A DNA stretch of 54,740 nucleotides from Gammaproteobacteria bacterium (GTDB taxonomy: Bacteria; Pseudomonadota; Gammaproteobacteria; Pseudomonadales; Pseudohongiellaceae), in assembly GCA_030147705.1 (NCBI GenBank), contig JASBUV010000164.1, positions 1 through 54,740 of the forward strand, in the 5' to 3' direction. The notes below the pieces were generated by a model. That model saw nothing but the letters and a program-made list of their open reading frames with translations. It did no database searches and was not told the origin of the DNA. Shown here piece after piece: positions 17,018 through 26,556 of the stretch; the first letter of the stretch is position 1, and the number at the start of each line of letters is the position of its first letter. The translations under genes were made by a program, and so were the position numbers.

Positions 17018-18727
17018 ATGGCTAAAGTTAAGGCAAAGAAAAAAGCACCTGCTAAAAAGAAAGCGACTGCCGCTAAGGTGAGCAGTCCAGCTCTCGATAA
17101 AGCGAACGCTGCATTGGCGAAACTGGAGAAAGAAGCGAAGGCCGCTTCCAAAACTGTGAATGCTGCAAGAAAGAAAGCTGCAGCAGCCAAGAAGAAAGCA
17201 GCCAAACTGAAAACTGCCGCGAGTAAGAAGGTAGCATCCTCTGCTCAAAATGCGGCACGCAAAGCTGCAGCGAAAGTAGCTGCAACCAATGCCAAGATCA
17301 GAACGGCTAAAGCCAGGGCAAGAGCAGCAGAAGCTGCTGCCAAAGCGAAAGCCAAAAAAGCTGCTGAAGCAGCGAAAGCTGAAGCAGATTTGCAGAAGGC
17401 TGTGGCAGCGTTTACAGCCAAGTGGAAGAAAAAGCGTGCCAAGGCTGATGCAGCCAAGGCGGCCAAACAGGCTCGTAAAGATGCTCTGAAGGCCAGAATT
17501 GCTGCCAAGAAAGCAGCTCAGAAAGAAAAAGCAGCGGCCAAGAAAGCGGCTGCCAAAGCCAAAGCAGCAGCGCGCAAGGCTGCAGCAAAGAAAAAAGCAG
17601 CTGGCAAGAAGAAGGTAGCCAAGAAAGCTGCAACCAAGAAGGTCGCTAAAAAGAAAACAGCCAAGAAAAAAGCAGTAAAGCGTCGGGCAGCAGCGAAAAA
17701 GGCCGCTCCCAAGAAGGTTGCAAAAAAGAAGGCAGTTAAGAAGGTAGCCAAGAAGAAGGTAGCCAAGAAAGCAGCAACCAAGAAAGTCGCCAAGAAGAAG
17801 GTGGCTAAGAAGAAGGTCGCCAAGAAAAAAGTAGCCAAGAAGAAGGTTGCCAAGAAGAAGGTCGCTAAAAAGAAAGCAGCCAAGAAACCAGCTGCCAAGA
17901 AGAAGGTAGCCAAGAAAAAGGCAGTTAAGAAGGTTGCCAAGAAGAAGGTAGCCAAAAAGAAAGCCGCCAAGAAGGCCGTCGTTAAAAAGGCAGCCAAGAA
18001 GAAGGCAGCGAAGAAAAAGGTCGTGAAGCGTCGTGCGGCGGCCAAGAAAGCAGCGCCCAAGAAGGTAGCCAAGAAGAAGGCAGCCAAAAAGGTCGCTAAG
18101 AAGAAGGTAGCGAAGAAGAAGGCCGCCAAGAAGGTCGCTAAGAAGAAAGTAGCGAAGAAGAAGGCAGTCAAGAAGGTCGCCAAGAAGAAAGTCGCGAAGA
18201 AAAAAGCTGCCAAGAAGCCAGCTGCCAAGAAAAAGGTAGCCAAGAAGAAGGCGGTTAAGAAGGTTGCCAAGAAGAAGGTAGCCAAGAAAAAGGCCGCTAA
18301 GAAGGCAGTCGTTAAAAAGGCAGCCAAAAAGAAAGCAGCCAAGAAGAAGGTTGTAAAACGCGCCGCTGCCAAGAAAGCTGCTGCCAAGAAGGTCGCGAAG
18401 AAGAAAGTCGCGAAGAAAAAGGTAGCGAAGAAGAAGGCAGTTAAGAAAGTCGCGAAGAAGAAGGTCGCGAAGAAGAAAGTTGCCAAGAAAAAGGTAGCCA
18501 AGAAAAAGGCGGCCAAAAAGGCAGCAACCAAGAAAGTCGCTAAGAAGAAGGTAGCTAAGAAGAAAGTAGCCAAGAAGAAGGCTGCGAAGAAACCAGCTGC
18601 CAAGAAGGTCGCGAAGAAGAAAGTCGCGAAGAAAAAGGCTGTGAAAAAGGCAGCCCCAAAGAAAGCAGCGAAGAAGCCAGCGGCTAAGAAAGCGCCGGCC
18701 AGGAAGAAAGCCGCCAAAAAGGCCTAA
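17018..18727 (+). CDS. Lys/Ala/Val-rich highly basic repeat protein, bacterial histone H1-like (AlgP/Hc-type) class
   Basis: 569-codon ORF with AGGAG (17003-17007) 10 nt upstream of the ATG. It has its own AT-rich upstream region and two downstream hairpins. The first ~190 residues are an A/K/E-rich, helix-prone region. Residues ~190-569 contain only K, A, V, P, T and R, in KKVAKKK/KKAAKK repeats. Repeat copies differ mostly at synonymous third positions, which supports real coding on the + strand. Confidence 0.8.
   Translation: MAKVKAKKKAPAKKKATAAKVSSPALDKANAALAKLEKEAKAASKTVNAARKKAAAAKKKAAKLKTAASKKVASSAQNAARKAAAKVAATNAKIRTAKARARAAEAAAKAKAKKAAEAAKAEADLQKAVAAFTAKWKKKRAKADAAKAAKQARKDALKARIAAKKAAQKEKAAAKKAAAKAKAAARKAAAKKKAAGKKKVAKKAATKKVAKKKTAKKKAVKRRAAAKKAAPKKVAKKKAVKKVAKKKVAKKAATKKVAKKKVAKKKVAKKKVAKKKVAKKKVAKKKAAKKPAAKKKVAKKKAVKKVAKKKVAKKKAAKKAVVKKAAKKKAAKKKVVKRRAAAKKAAPKKVAKKKAAKKVAKKKVAKKKAAKKVAKKKVAKKKAVKKVAKKKVAKKKAAKKPAAKKKVAKKKAVKKVAKKKVAKKKAAKKAVVKKAAKKKAAKKKVVKRAAAKKAAAKKVAKKKVAKKKVAKKKAVKKVAKKKVAKKKVAKKKVAKKKAAKKAATKKVAKKKVAKKKVAKKKAAKKPAAKKVAKKKVAKKKAVKKAAPKKAAKKPAAKKAPARKKAAKKA
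17881..18540 (+). repeat. in-frame tandem duplication, 2 x 330 nt (110 aa) inside the Lys/Ala-rich gene
   Basis: Copy 1 starts at caagaaaccagctgccaag (17881) and copy 2 at caagaagccagctgccaag (18211). Both encode [52 protein letters not shown](R)AAAKKAA... The KR(R)AAAKKAA punctuation recurs near 17678, 18026 and 18356. Confidence 0.85.
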
Positions 18728-18755
18728 TTCCTGAAATCGCATAGTGCTTTAGCCA

Positions 18756-18795
18756 GCATCTGCTACTCGCCCGTCCGCTTGCGGGTAGCAGATGC
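18756..18795 (+). terminator. long perfect hairpin downstream of the Lys/Ala-rich gene
   Basis: GCATCTGCTAC (18756-18766) pairs with GTAGCAGATGC (18785-18795), an 11-bp perfect stem with an 18-nt loop that itself contains CGC..GCG pairing. There is no adjacent T-run, so it may be an RNA-stability element rather than a terminator. Confidence 0.45.
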
Positions 18796-18810
18796 ACTCT
18801 TTCGAGACAA

Positions 18811-18848
18811 AATCCCTCCTGAGTTGAATCAGGGGGGATTTTTGTTTT
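18811..18848 (+). terminator. rho-independent terminator of the Lys/Ala-rich gene
   Basis: ATCCCTCCTGA-gttgaa-TCAGGGGGGAT (11-bp stem with one G-U pair) followed by TTTTTGTTTT. Confidence 0.7.
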
Positions 18849-18883
18849 AAATCTCGGCCCACACGAATTACCAAGTTGCTGTG

Positions 18884-19573
18884 ATGAAGCCACTATTACT
18901 GATAGATACCGCCTCCCCATGTTGCTCCGTCGGGCTCCTCGACGGAGAAAGGGTGGTGCTTCGCCAAACCGAACAGAAAAAGCAGGCTGCCCAGAAGGTG
19001 TTGCCGCTTATTGATGAAATTCTGATTGAAGAACAACTGAAACTGTCAGATTTGGCCGGCATCGGTGTTGTCAGTGGCCCAGGCTCCTTTACAGGAATGC
19101 GAATCGGCGTGGCTATAGCGCAGGGATTGGGTTTTGCCAATCAGTTGCCAGTCATACCTGTGAGTACTCTTGCCGCGCTGGCCAGCACGGCGGCACTTGA
19201 ATCGGGACTGGAAAGTCACCTGGTGTGTGTGAAGGCGCGTGATGAAGAGCTCTATTTTGGTGCATATCGAGTGTTGTCTGGAGTGGGAGTCGAGTTGCTA
19301 GCCGAAGAGCGAGTGCTCAACATTGAAGAGGCAGCGAAAGCATTATCTGCACTGGCAGGGCCGGCTGGGTGGGGATTTGTTGGCGACCTGGAGCGGAAAA
19401 CGGTCGAAGAGAAGCTCGGTTCTGTGATCCATATTCAGAACTTTCGCCCTGATCTTGCAATTTCTCAGCGCGCCTTTGGACTACTCGTCACGCAGGAATT
19501 AAGTAAATCCGGGGAGCACCCACCTGCCAGAGCGTTACCCAATTACGTCAAAGAGCAGATGCAGTACAACTGA
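18884..19573 (+). CDS. tsaB: tRNA threonylcarbamoyladenosine (t6A) biosynthesis protein TsaB (YeaZ)
   Basis: MKPLLLIDTAS...GPGSFTGMRIGVAIAQGL is typical of the ASKHA-fold TsaB family. ATG 18884; GTG 18881 is also possible. Confidence 0.85.
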   Translation: MKPLLLIDTASPCCSVGLLDGERVVLRQTEQKKQAAQKVLPLIDEILIEEQLKLSDLAGIGVVSGPGSFTGMRIGVAIAQGLGFANQLPVIPVSTLAALASTAALESGLESHLVCVKARDEELYFGAYRVLSGVGVELLAEERVLNIEEAAKALSALAGPAGWGFVGDLERKTVEEKLGSVIHIQNFRPDLAISQRAFGLLVTQELSKSGEHPPARALPNYVKEQMQYN

Positions 19574-19579
19574 GCAACG

Positions 19580-20413
19580 ATGCCGCCTGACGCCGCCCTC
19601 AATCCGATTCAAGTCACTGTACTTGCGTTTATTCAGGGATTCACAGAGTTCCTGCCAATTTCCTCTTCCGCCCACCTGATCCTGCCTTCGGTGTTATTGG
19701 GGTGGCAAGATCAGGGCCTGACCTTTGATGTGGCCGTTCACCTTGGCTCACTGCTCGCGGTGGTTTGGTATTTTCGCGCTCAGTTGCTGACGCTCGCGAT
19801 GGCCTGGTTCGGCAGCCTGATCCACCGATCGAGTGACAAGGAGTCTGCGCGTCTTGCATGGTTTTTGATAGTAGCAACGATTCCTGCAGGTCTGGCTGGC
19901 TTGCTGCTGGACGACCTCATTGAATCCTATGCACGATCTGCGCTGATAATTGGTAGTTCCTCGATTCTGTTTGGACTCCTCCTGTGGTGGGCGGATCGCA
20001 GGAATACTATGCGCGCCGATCGTAGTGCTACGCTCTCTGAACTACGATGGGGCAGTGTTCTGTTAATCGGCATTGCGCAATCGCTTGCATTGATCCCGGG
20101 AACGTCCAGATCCGGGATTACCATGACCGCAGCGCTTTTTTGTGGTCTGGATCGGGACAGTGCTACCCGGTTTTCGTTTTTACTGGCTATACCGATTATC
20201 GCTGCGAGCGGTCTGCTGCGTAGCATCGAACTCGCCAGGAGCAATGTCGATGCGACGGACGTGTTGTTGCTTGCGTATGCCACAGCAGTATCAGCTCTGG
20301 TTGCCTATGCTTGCATTCACTATTTCCTGCGCTTCATTTCTCAGATTGGCTTCCTGCCATTCGTTGCTTATCGAGTGGTATTGGGTGCTGTTCTTTTAAT
20401 GTTCTTCTGGTAA
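19580..20413 (+). CDS. uppP: undecaprenyl-diphosphatase (BacA/UppP)
   Basis: Polytopic membrane protein with the FLPISSSAHL and PGTSRSG(I)T signature motifs. Confidence 0.93.
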   Translation: MPPDAALNPIQVTVLAFIQGFTEFLPISSSAHLILPSVLLGWQDQGLTFDVAVHLGSLLAVVWYFRAQLLTLAMAWFGSLIHRSSDKESARLAWFLIVATIPAGLAGLLLDDLIESYARSALIIGSSSILFGLLLWWADRRNTMRADRSATLSELRWGSVLLIGIAQSLALIPGTSRSGITMTAALFCGLDRDSATRFSFLLAIPIIAASGLLRSIELARSNVDATDVLLLAYATAVSALVAYACIHYFLRFISQIGFLPFVAYRVVLGAVLLMFFW

Positions 20414-20425
20414 CAGAGGTTCTCC

Positions 20426-21253
20426 GTGATACAGAACGTTGCTGTTCTGACCAATGCAGAGCTCCCAACGCGAGCAGAAGCGGCTCTGGCAGAGAAGCTG
20501 GGCTGTGACATCCACTCTCCGTCCGATGGCAATCAGCACAAGCCGCTGTTTGTCTTGAGCTGGCGAGCTGGGCGGCTGACGTTGATCAGCACTGCCGCTG
20601 ATGCGCCCGGTGGATTGTGTGTGGATTTTTCCGGGGCAGCGCTGCTGAGGCGAGCCAGAGATGGGCTCGCGAAACAGGGGCTGGGTAAAGCGGTTGGACT
20701 TAAAAAGCGCCCATTGCCGACCGTGCTCGATGCGACGGCTGGTCTTGGAAATGACGCCTTTCTGTTGGCCAGCGCGGGATGCAGAGTGCAGATGCTGGAG
20801 CGCTCGCCAGTTGTTCATGCGTTGCTCGAAGATGCATTGCGACGCGCATGCAATGCGCAAGACACGAACGTGATCACGACGCCAGAACAGAATGCCTCGT
20901 CTGAGGTCAGTGCTGATGAATTGCTGGTTCGAGCTGTTCAACAGCTGACCCTGATGCACGCCGATTTTCTTACCACCCCGCTTGGTGAAAACAGCGTCGA
21001 TGTGGTTTATCTGGATCCGATGTTTCCAGCCGACAGAAAAACTGCGAAATCCGGTAAAGGAATGTTCCTGCTGCAAGCGTTATTGGGTGAGGACTGTGCG
21101 GAGCGAGAGATGTTGACCAGAGCACAGTCAGTAGCCAGCAGCAGGGTGGTGGTCAAGCGAGGCAAGCGCTCCGGTTTTCTCGCTGGAGTCAAACCGGAGA
21201 TATCATTCCGGGGCAGTAGCAGTCGCTTCGATGTTTATCTGCAAACGCCGTAA
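20426..21253 (+). CDS. rsmJ: 16S rRNA (guanine1516-N2)-methyltransferase RsmJ (YhiQ)
   Basis: GTG start with AGAGG upstream. SAM-MTase motif LDATAGLGNDAF and the RsmJ-typical VVYLDPMFP. Confidence 0.85.
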   Translation: MIQNVAVLTNAELPTRAEAALAEKLGCDIHSPSDGNQHKPLFVLSWRAGRLTLISTAADAPGGLCVDFSGAALLRRARDGLAKQGLGKAVGLKKRPLPTVLDATAGLGNDAFLLASAGCRVQMLERSPVVHALLEDALRRACNAQDTNVITTPEQNASSEVSADELLVRAVQQLTLMHADFLTTPLGENSVDVVYLDPMFPADRKTAKSGKGMFLLQALLGEDCAEREMLTRAQSVASSRVVVKRGKRSGFLAGVKPEISFRGSSSRFDVYLQTP

Positions 21254-21271
21254 CCTGTCTTTTCGGGATGA

Positions 21272-22393
21272 TCAGACGAGTCGCTCGAGAATTTTGCAGT
21301 AAATCGCTGCCAGCGGTTCCAGATCGGCAATCCGCACACACTCATTGACCTTGTGAATGCTCGCGTTACACGGGCCGAGCTCAATGACCTGAGCACCACT
21401 TGGCGCGATAAAGCGACCGTCGGATGTTCCGCCAGCGGTTGAACATTCAGCATCCAGTGACATGACTTCGCGAATCGAATCCAGTGCAGCGCGTCGGAGT
21501 TCCCCATCGTGAGTCAGGAATGGCTCACCAGACAGATGCCAGTCAATTGTGTAGTCGAGTGCATGGGCATCGAGAATACTGTGGACTCGAGATTTCAGGC
21601 CCTCAGCAGTGGACTCAGTTGAGAATCTGAAATTGAAGTCGGCTGTTAACGTGCCGGGGATAACATTGTTGGCTCCGACGCCCGCATTGATGTTGGATAT
21701 TTGCATGCCGGTTGGCGGGAAATCCTGATTTCCGGAATCCCAGGATTCCTTGCACAGCGCTGCAAGGGCTGGCATGGCTGAGTGAATGGGATTCTTGGCC
21801 AGATGTGAGTAAGCAACATGACCCTCTACCCCATTTACGGTGAGGCGAGCGCTAAGCGAACCTCGTCTGCCTACGCGAATAACATCACCGAGGGTTTGGC
21901 TGCTGCTCGGTTCGCCCACCACACAGTAATCAATCTGTTCGCCGCGTTCTGCCAGTGCAGCCATGACCGCTTTCGTGCCGTTGATCGCGATACCTTCTTC
22001 GTCGCTGGTTATCAGAAAGCCTATCCGGCCTTTAGGTGATCGGGTTTCGAGAAACAGTGTACAGGCTTCAATCATGGCGGCCAGAGAGGCCTTCATGTCC
22101 GCGGTACCGCGTCCGAACAGATAGCCTTCTCGCTCCACCGCATCGAAGGGTGGGCTCTGCCAGTGTTGTTCCGGCCCCGGGGGAACGACATCGGTATGAC
22201 CGGCAAACACAAAAAGAGGGCCGGCATCGCCGAGCACAGCCCACAGATTGTTCACGTCACCAAAAGGCATTGCCTCGACCTTAAAGCCCATCGACTCCAA
22301 TCGACTGCCCAACAATTCCTGGCAGCCAGCATCGTCAGGGGTAACAGACTTTCGGGCGACAAGTTCTTTCGTTAATTCCAGTGTACGGTTCAT
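21272..22393 (-). CDS. dapE: succinyl-diaminopimelate desuccinylase
   Basis: M20 peptidase family: [18 protein letters not shown] and GGTSDGRF, with DapE-like length and N-terminus ([22 protein letters not shown]). Confidence 0.93.
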   Translation of the reverse strand: MNRTLELTKELVARKSVTPDDAGCQELLGSRLESMGFKVEAMPFGDVNNLWAVLGDAGPLFVFAGHTDVVPPGPEQHWQSPPFDAVEREGYLFGRGTADMKASLAAMIEACTLFLETRSPKGRIGFLITSDEEGIAINGTKAVMAALAERGEQIDYCVVGEPSSSQTLGDVIRVGRRGSLSARLTVNGVEGHVAYSHLAKNPIHSAMPALAALCKESWDSGNQDFPPTGMQISNINAGVGANNVIPGTLTADFNFRFSTESTAEGLKSRVHSILDAHALDYTIDWHLSGEPFLTHDGELRRAALDSIREVMSLDAECSTAGGTSDGRFIAPSGAQVIELGPCNASIHKVNECVRIADLEPLAAIYCKILERLV

Positions 22394-22402
22394 GGGCGAG
22401 GA

Positions 22403-23440
22403 CTAGTTGTGGCTGTGCAGTGCTTCATTCAGCGTAACGCTGGTCTTGAGTGGAACGCATTCAACAGCGCCTGTGATGGAATTGCGGCGAAACAAGTGGT
22501 GCTGCAGTGTGCTGAGCTCTCTGGCTTTAACCTGTTTTATTTCTGCACCGGAGGCATCCAGCAATCGAACCTTCGTACCAGCTGTGACGTAAAGACCTGC
22601 CTCTACCGTGCAGCCATCAGCGAGCGGGAAACCAATGCCTGCGTTGGCACCGATCAGGCAATCGCGACCAACAGAGATGATTTCCTTGCCTCCTCCGGAG
22701 AGCGTGCCCATTGTGCTGCAACCACCACCGAGATCGCTGTTCTCACCAACCACCACGCCTGCTGAGATTCTGCCTTCGATCATCGCCGCACCGAGTGTAC
22801 CGGCGTTAAAATTCACGAATCCTTCGTGCATGATTGTCGTGCCCGCACCCAGATAGGCGCCAAGTCTGACTCGAGCAGCATCAGCGATGCGGACTCCTTC
22901 CGGCACCACGTAGTCGGTCATCTTGGGAAATTTGTCCACCGAGGCGACGTCCAATGTGCGACCGGCAGCGCGAGCAGCGATGCGCCGTGCAGGCAGATCT
23001 GCCAGATCAATCGGTCCTTCATTGGTCCACGCCAGATTTTTCAACACAGCAAACATGCCGTCCAGCTTCACACCATGAGGCTTCACGAGGCGGTGCGAGA
23101 GCAACTGCAGTTTAAGGAATGCTTCAGGAATGCTAGTGGGGGCAAGATCTGCGCCCAAAACGCAGAGCACCAGTGCTTGCTGCGTAGTTTGAACTTGTAA
23201 GCCAGCGAGGGCAGTGGCGAGCGCTTCCGGCAACTGTGACACGAGCTGTTCATATTGATTGCTATCGAGCTCCACGAAGCCACATTCGCCAGCGCCAAGG
23301 CCGCAGGCCCCGAGCAGGGCTGCTGAGAGTTCTGCGCTGACTTCGTTGGCAGGCTTGGGATAGAGAACTTCAATAATGTCACCCGCAGCATTCTTGCTTG
23401 CGATACCAATGCCAAAGCTGTGAATTGAGTTATTACTCAT
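22403..23440 (-). CDS. dapD: 2,3,4,5-tetrahydropyridine-2,6-dicarboxylate N-succinyltransferase (long, Pseudomonas-type)
   Basis: 345 aa. The C-terminal left-handed beta-helix has hexapeptide repeats (VRLGAYLGAGTTIMHEGFVNFNAGT...). It is adjacent to dapE. Confidence 0.88.
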   Translation of the reverse strand: MSNNSIHSFGIGIASKNAAGDIIEVLYPKPANEVSAELSAALLGACGLGAGECGFVELDSNQYEQLVSQLPEALATALAGLQVQTTQQALVLCVLGADLAPTSIPEAFLKLQLLSHRLVKPHGVKLDGMFAVLKNLAWTNEGPIDLADLPARRIAARAAGRTLDVASVDKFPKMTDYVVPEGVRIADAARVRLGAYLGAGTTIMHEGFVNFNAGTLGAAMIEGRISAGVVVGENSDLGGGCSTMGTLSGGGKEIISVGRDCLIGANAGIGFPLADGCTVEAGLYVTAGTKVRLLDASGAEIKQVKARELSTLQHHLFRRNSITGAVECVPLKTSVTLNEALHSHN

Positions 23441-23460
23441 GGGGATCTTTCCTTGATGGG

Positions 23461-23817
23461 TTACTTGCTGCCCTTGCTGATCAGGGCGGTGATGCGTGCC
23501 GTATCATAGCCTACCAGCCACTGATCATCGACACACAATACAGGCCGTTTGATGAGCGATGGCTGGTCTTGCATCAATTTCTGTGCACGTGTGGCGGTGA
23601 GCGGCTCGCGCTCGGATTCCGGTAATTTTCGCCAGGTGGTTCCGCGCTTGTTAATGACTGACTCGATACCCAGTTCGCTGATCAACGTCTTGGCCAGGCC
23701 AGAAGAGCAGCCGAGCTTCTTGTAGTCATGAAATTCATAGTCTGCGCCTTGTTGTTCGAGCCACTTCCTTGTCTTGCGAATCGTGTCGCAGTTGGCTATG
23801 CCGTATAGGGTAATCAT
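23461..23817 (-). CDS. ArsC/Spx-family thioredoxin-fold protein (YffB-like)
   Basis: 118 aa: MITLYGIANCDTIRKTRKWL...KRGTTWRKL...LIKRPVL, the ArsC-family fold with a single N-terminal Cys. Confidence 0.8.
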   Translation of the reverse strand: MITLYGIANCDTIRKTRKWLEQQGADYEFHDYKKLGCSSGLAKTLISELGIESVINKRGTTWRKLPESEREPLTATRAQKLMQDQPSLIKRPVLCVDDQWLVGYDTARITALISKGSK

Positions 23818-23835
23818 TCTGTTTCCTGCAGTGGT

Positions 23836-26556
23836 TCAATCGCCCAGCCGGTTTTCGAGTTCTGCTTTGATGTCCGCCAGCAGTTTGTCGATCGCGGCTT
23901 GGTCGGTGAGTGGTTTGCCCGCCTTGTCGGTGATGAAGAACAAGTCCTCCACGCGCTCGCCGAGCGTTGTAATACGAGCATCCTTGAGGTGGATGTCATT
24001 GTTCACAAATGCCTTACCTACCGATGCCAGAATACCGGGATGATCAGGGCAGTTGACCTCGAGCGTCGAATAATTTTTGTTCTGCGGATTGTGCAGGGAT
24101 GTCTCGATGGGTTTGCTGAAATACTTGTCTTTGCGCGAACGGCGTTTGTGCGCGAGTTTGACGGCCTGATCACCGAGCTTGAGATATTCGGTTAACTTGC
24201 GCCGAATCTCCTCCAGTCGTCCGGGCTGATTTCCGACAGGCCTGCCGCTGTCTTCCAGAACGATATAGGTGTCCATGCAGTAATCGTTACCGGACGTAAA
24301 GATTCGGGCGCCGTGGATATTGAGATTCAGCTGCTCGAAGGCGGCGGTGCTATTGGCGAAAATGAAATCTGCATTGCGGGTATAGATAAAGACCTGGGTA
24401 GCCCCGACTGCGGGAGAGTTGGTGCCCAGTTCCCGGAATGAGACCAGCGGGCCATCGCCGTTAAAATTGGCAATCGCTTCGGTGTGCCACGCAATATTTT
24501 CGGCAGACTCGCGGACAAAATATTCGTCGTCTGCATTGGCCCAGATAGTTTCTATCTGAGCGGACTCGAGACCGCTGTTCTTGAGTAAATTGAGGCTGGA
24601 TTCTTTCTTGTCGGCGATGCGTTCTTCACGATCGACAGTGTTGTCCAAACCGGTCCGCAGCGCCTTGCGAGTGCTGAAGTACAGTTGCCGCAACAGCGCG
24701 GCTCGCCAGCTATTCCACAGTTCGGGATTGGTAGCGCAGATATCTGCGACGGTCATGGTAAACAGATATTCCAGGTGGAGTTTATCGCCGACTGCTTGCG
24801 CAAATTCCCTGATGACATCAGGATCGCTGATGTCCTTGCGCTGGGCAGTCATGGACATGAGCAGGTGATTCTCGACCAACCAGGTAACCAGATTGGTATC
24901 CCATTTACTCAGTCTGTGGCGCTTGCAGAATGCTTCAGCATCAGCCATTCCCAGAGTGGAATGGTCGCCGCCGCGACCCTTGGCGATATCGTGATAGAGG
25001 CCTGCGATATAGAGCAATTCGATCTTCGGCAGGTGATGCACGATCTGCGCAGCAATTGGGAAATTCTCAGCTGCCTCGGGCAACAGAAAACGCCGCATGT
25101 TTTCTACTACCTGAAGCGTGTGTGCATCGACTGTGTAGATATGAAAGAGGTCATGCTGCATCTGACCTGTAATCTGTCCGAACTCGGGAAGATAGCGCCC
25201 CAGTATGCCGTAACGGGACATCCTCCGCAGCTGCAAGGTCATCTGATGGGGTGAGCGCAAGAGCTCAGTGAACAGGGTGACGTTGCGAATGTCGTTGCGA
25301 AATTCGTCATCGATCAGACGACGGTGATCGCGAATCGCGCGAATCGTGGCGGCTCTGATTCCCTTGATCATCGGATTCTGGGCCATAAGCACAAAGATCT
25401 CCAGCAAGGCTGAAGGATTGCGCTCGAAGACCCGGTTGTGAATCACCTCGATGTAATCATTGTGTATCTGAAAACGCTTGTTGAGCGGTTTGATTTTTTC
25501 GCGTTCGCCAGCGCGCAAAATGACTTCGTCCAAGTGTTGCAAGAGCACGTCATTCAATTCGCGCAGATTGGAGACAGCGCGGTAGTACTGCTTCATCAAC
25601 TTTTCGACGCCGAGACTTTTCTCATCGTCATCGTATCCGAACAGTTTGGCGAGCTCTCTTTGTTTGTCGAATAGCAGGCGATCTTCGCAGCGGCCTTCCA
25701 GATAGTGCAGACCGTAGCGCAACTTCCACAGGAATTGCTGGCCACGATTGATCATCGTTTCTTCAGACTGGGAAATGAAGCCGAGTTTTACCAGATCCTT
25801 GAAGCTGCTCGCATCGAAATGGCGTTTCGCTACCCAGGCTATGGTTTGTATATCGCGTAGTCCACCGGGTGATGTCTTCACATTGGGTTCGAGCGCGTAG
25901 TCCACATCATGATATTTTTTGTGGCGTGCTCGTTGTTCTTCGATTTTTGCCTCAACGAATTTTTTGATAGGCCAGACACGTCGACTGCTGATCGCTTTTT
26001 GCATCTCGGCATTCAGTTCATCAGGGCCGATCAGTGTGCGAGATTCCATCAGCGCAGTTACAACAGTGATGTCTTTTGCCGCTTCCTGCTTGCATTGTTT
26101 GATGCTGCGCACGCTCTGGCCGATGTCCAGACCAATATCCCACAGAGAGGTCAGGAACCCGCTTATGCAGTCCTGATATTGTTTGTTCCTGTCGCGGCGG
26201 GTGAGTATCAGCAGATCTATGTCGGAATGGGGGAGTAACTCACCGCGGCCGTAGCCGCCGACGGCGACCAATGCAATGTCATTGCTGTCTGGCCAGGGTT
26301 GGGACTGCCATGCAATACGCAGGACTTCATCGATTACCCACGCGCGCCCCTTGACGATATCAGTGATATTCAGGTTCTGTTTGTAGCGGTTGTCGAGGAT
26401 ATCGCTTGCAGTCTGTACGGCCGCACGCAGGATCGCGACAGGATTGTTCGATTCGCGGGCCTTGGCCGTCAGTGCGTCAACGTCCAGCAGTTCTCGATCG
26501 GGCTGGTGCTCGGCATCAACCTTGAGGTCGGTAATAGATAGGCTATCGAATGTCAC
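23836..26556 (-). CDS. glnD: bifunctional [protein-PII] uridylyltransferase/uridylyl-removing enzyme
   Basis: 906 aa with a nucleotidyltransferase motif (GGYGRGELLPHSDIDLLIL), an HD domain (HDIAKGRGGDHS) and two C-terminal ACT domains. It overlaps the map stop by 4 nt. Confidence 0.95.
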   Translation of the reverse strand: MTFDSLSITDLKVDAEHQPDRELLDVDALTAKARESNNPVAILRAAVQTASDILDNRYKQNLNITDIVKGRAWVIDEVLRIAWQSQPWPDSNDIALVAVGGYGRGELLPHSDIDLLILTRRDRNKQYQDCISGFLTSLWDIGLDIGQSVRSIKQCKQEAAKDITVVTALMESRTLIGPDELNAEMQKAISSRRVWPIKKFVEAKIEEQRARHKKYHDVDYALEPNVKTSPGGLRDIQTIAWVAKRHFDASSFKDLVKLGFISQSEETMINRGQQFLWKLRYGLHYLEGRCEDRLLFDKQRELAKLFGYDDDEKSLGVEKLMKQYYRAVSNLRELNDVLLQHLDEVILRAGEREKIKPLNKRFQIHNDYIEVIHNRVFERNPSALLEIFVLMAQNPMIKGIRAATIRAIRDHRRLIDDEFRNDIRNVTLFTELLRSPHQMTLQLRRMSRYGILGRYLPEFGQITGQMQHDLFHIYTVDAHTLQVVENMRRFLLPEAAENFPIAAQIVHHLPKIELLYIAGLYHDIAKGRGGDHSTLGMADAEAFCKRHRLSKWDTNLVTWLVENHLLMSMTAQRKDISDPDVIREFAQAVGDKLHLEYLFTMTVADICATNPELWNSWRAALLRQLYFSTRKALRTGLDNTVDREERIADKKESSLNLLKNSGLESAQIETIWANADDEYFVRESAENIAWHTEAIANFNGDGPLVSFRELGTNSPAVGATQVFIYTRNADFIFANSTAAFEQLNLNIHGARIFTSGNDYCMDTYIVLEDSGRPVGNQPGRLEEIRRKLTEYLKLGDQAVKLAHKRRSRKDKYFSKPIETSLHNPQNKNYSTLEVNCPDHPGILASVGKAFVNNDIHLKDARITTLGERVEDLFFITDKAGKPLTDQAAIDKLLADIKAELENRLGD

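Noticed and set aside
17500-18727. Possibility that the short-period repeat tract is a CRISPR array, a satellite or a non-coding microsatellite.
   Set aside because: The period is 12-21 nt with no unique spacers, and it stays strictly in frame for more than 1.1 kb. It has a start codon, an SD and a terminator, and variation concentrates at third codon positions. It is therefore a coding low-complexity repeat.
16997-18742. Very long antisense ORFs across the Lys/Ala-rich gene: 581 aa (16997-18742, minus strand) and 399 aa (17518-18717, minus strand). Both are extremely Leu/Phe/Gly/Cys-rich.
   Set aside because: They are mirror artefacts. The complements of AAG/AAA/GCN/GTN codons (CTT/TTT/NGC/NAC) contain no stops, so antisense frames stay open. 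There is no SD or promoter context on the minus strand. Synonymous-site divergence between the repeat copies fits the plus-strand frame. The composition is implausible for a real protein.
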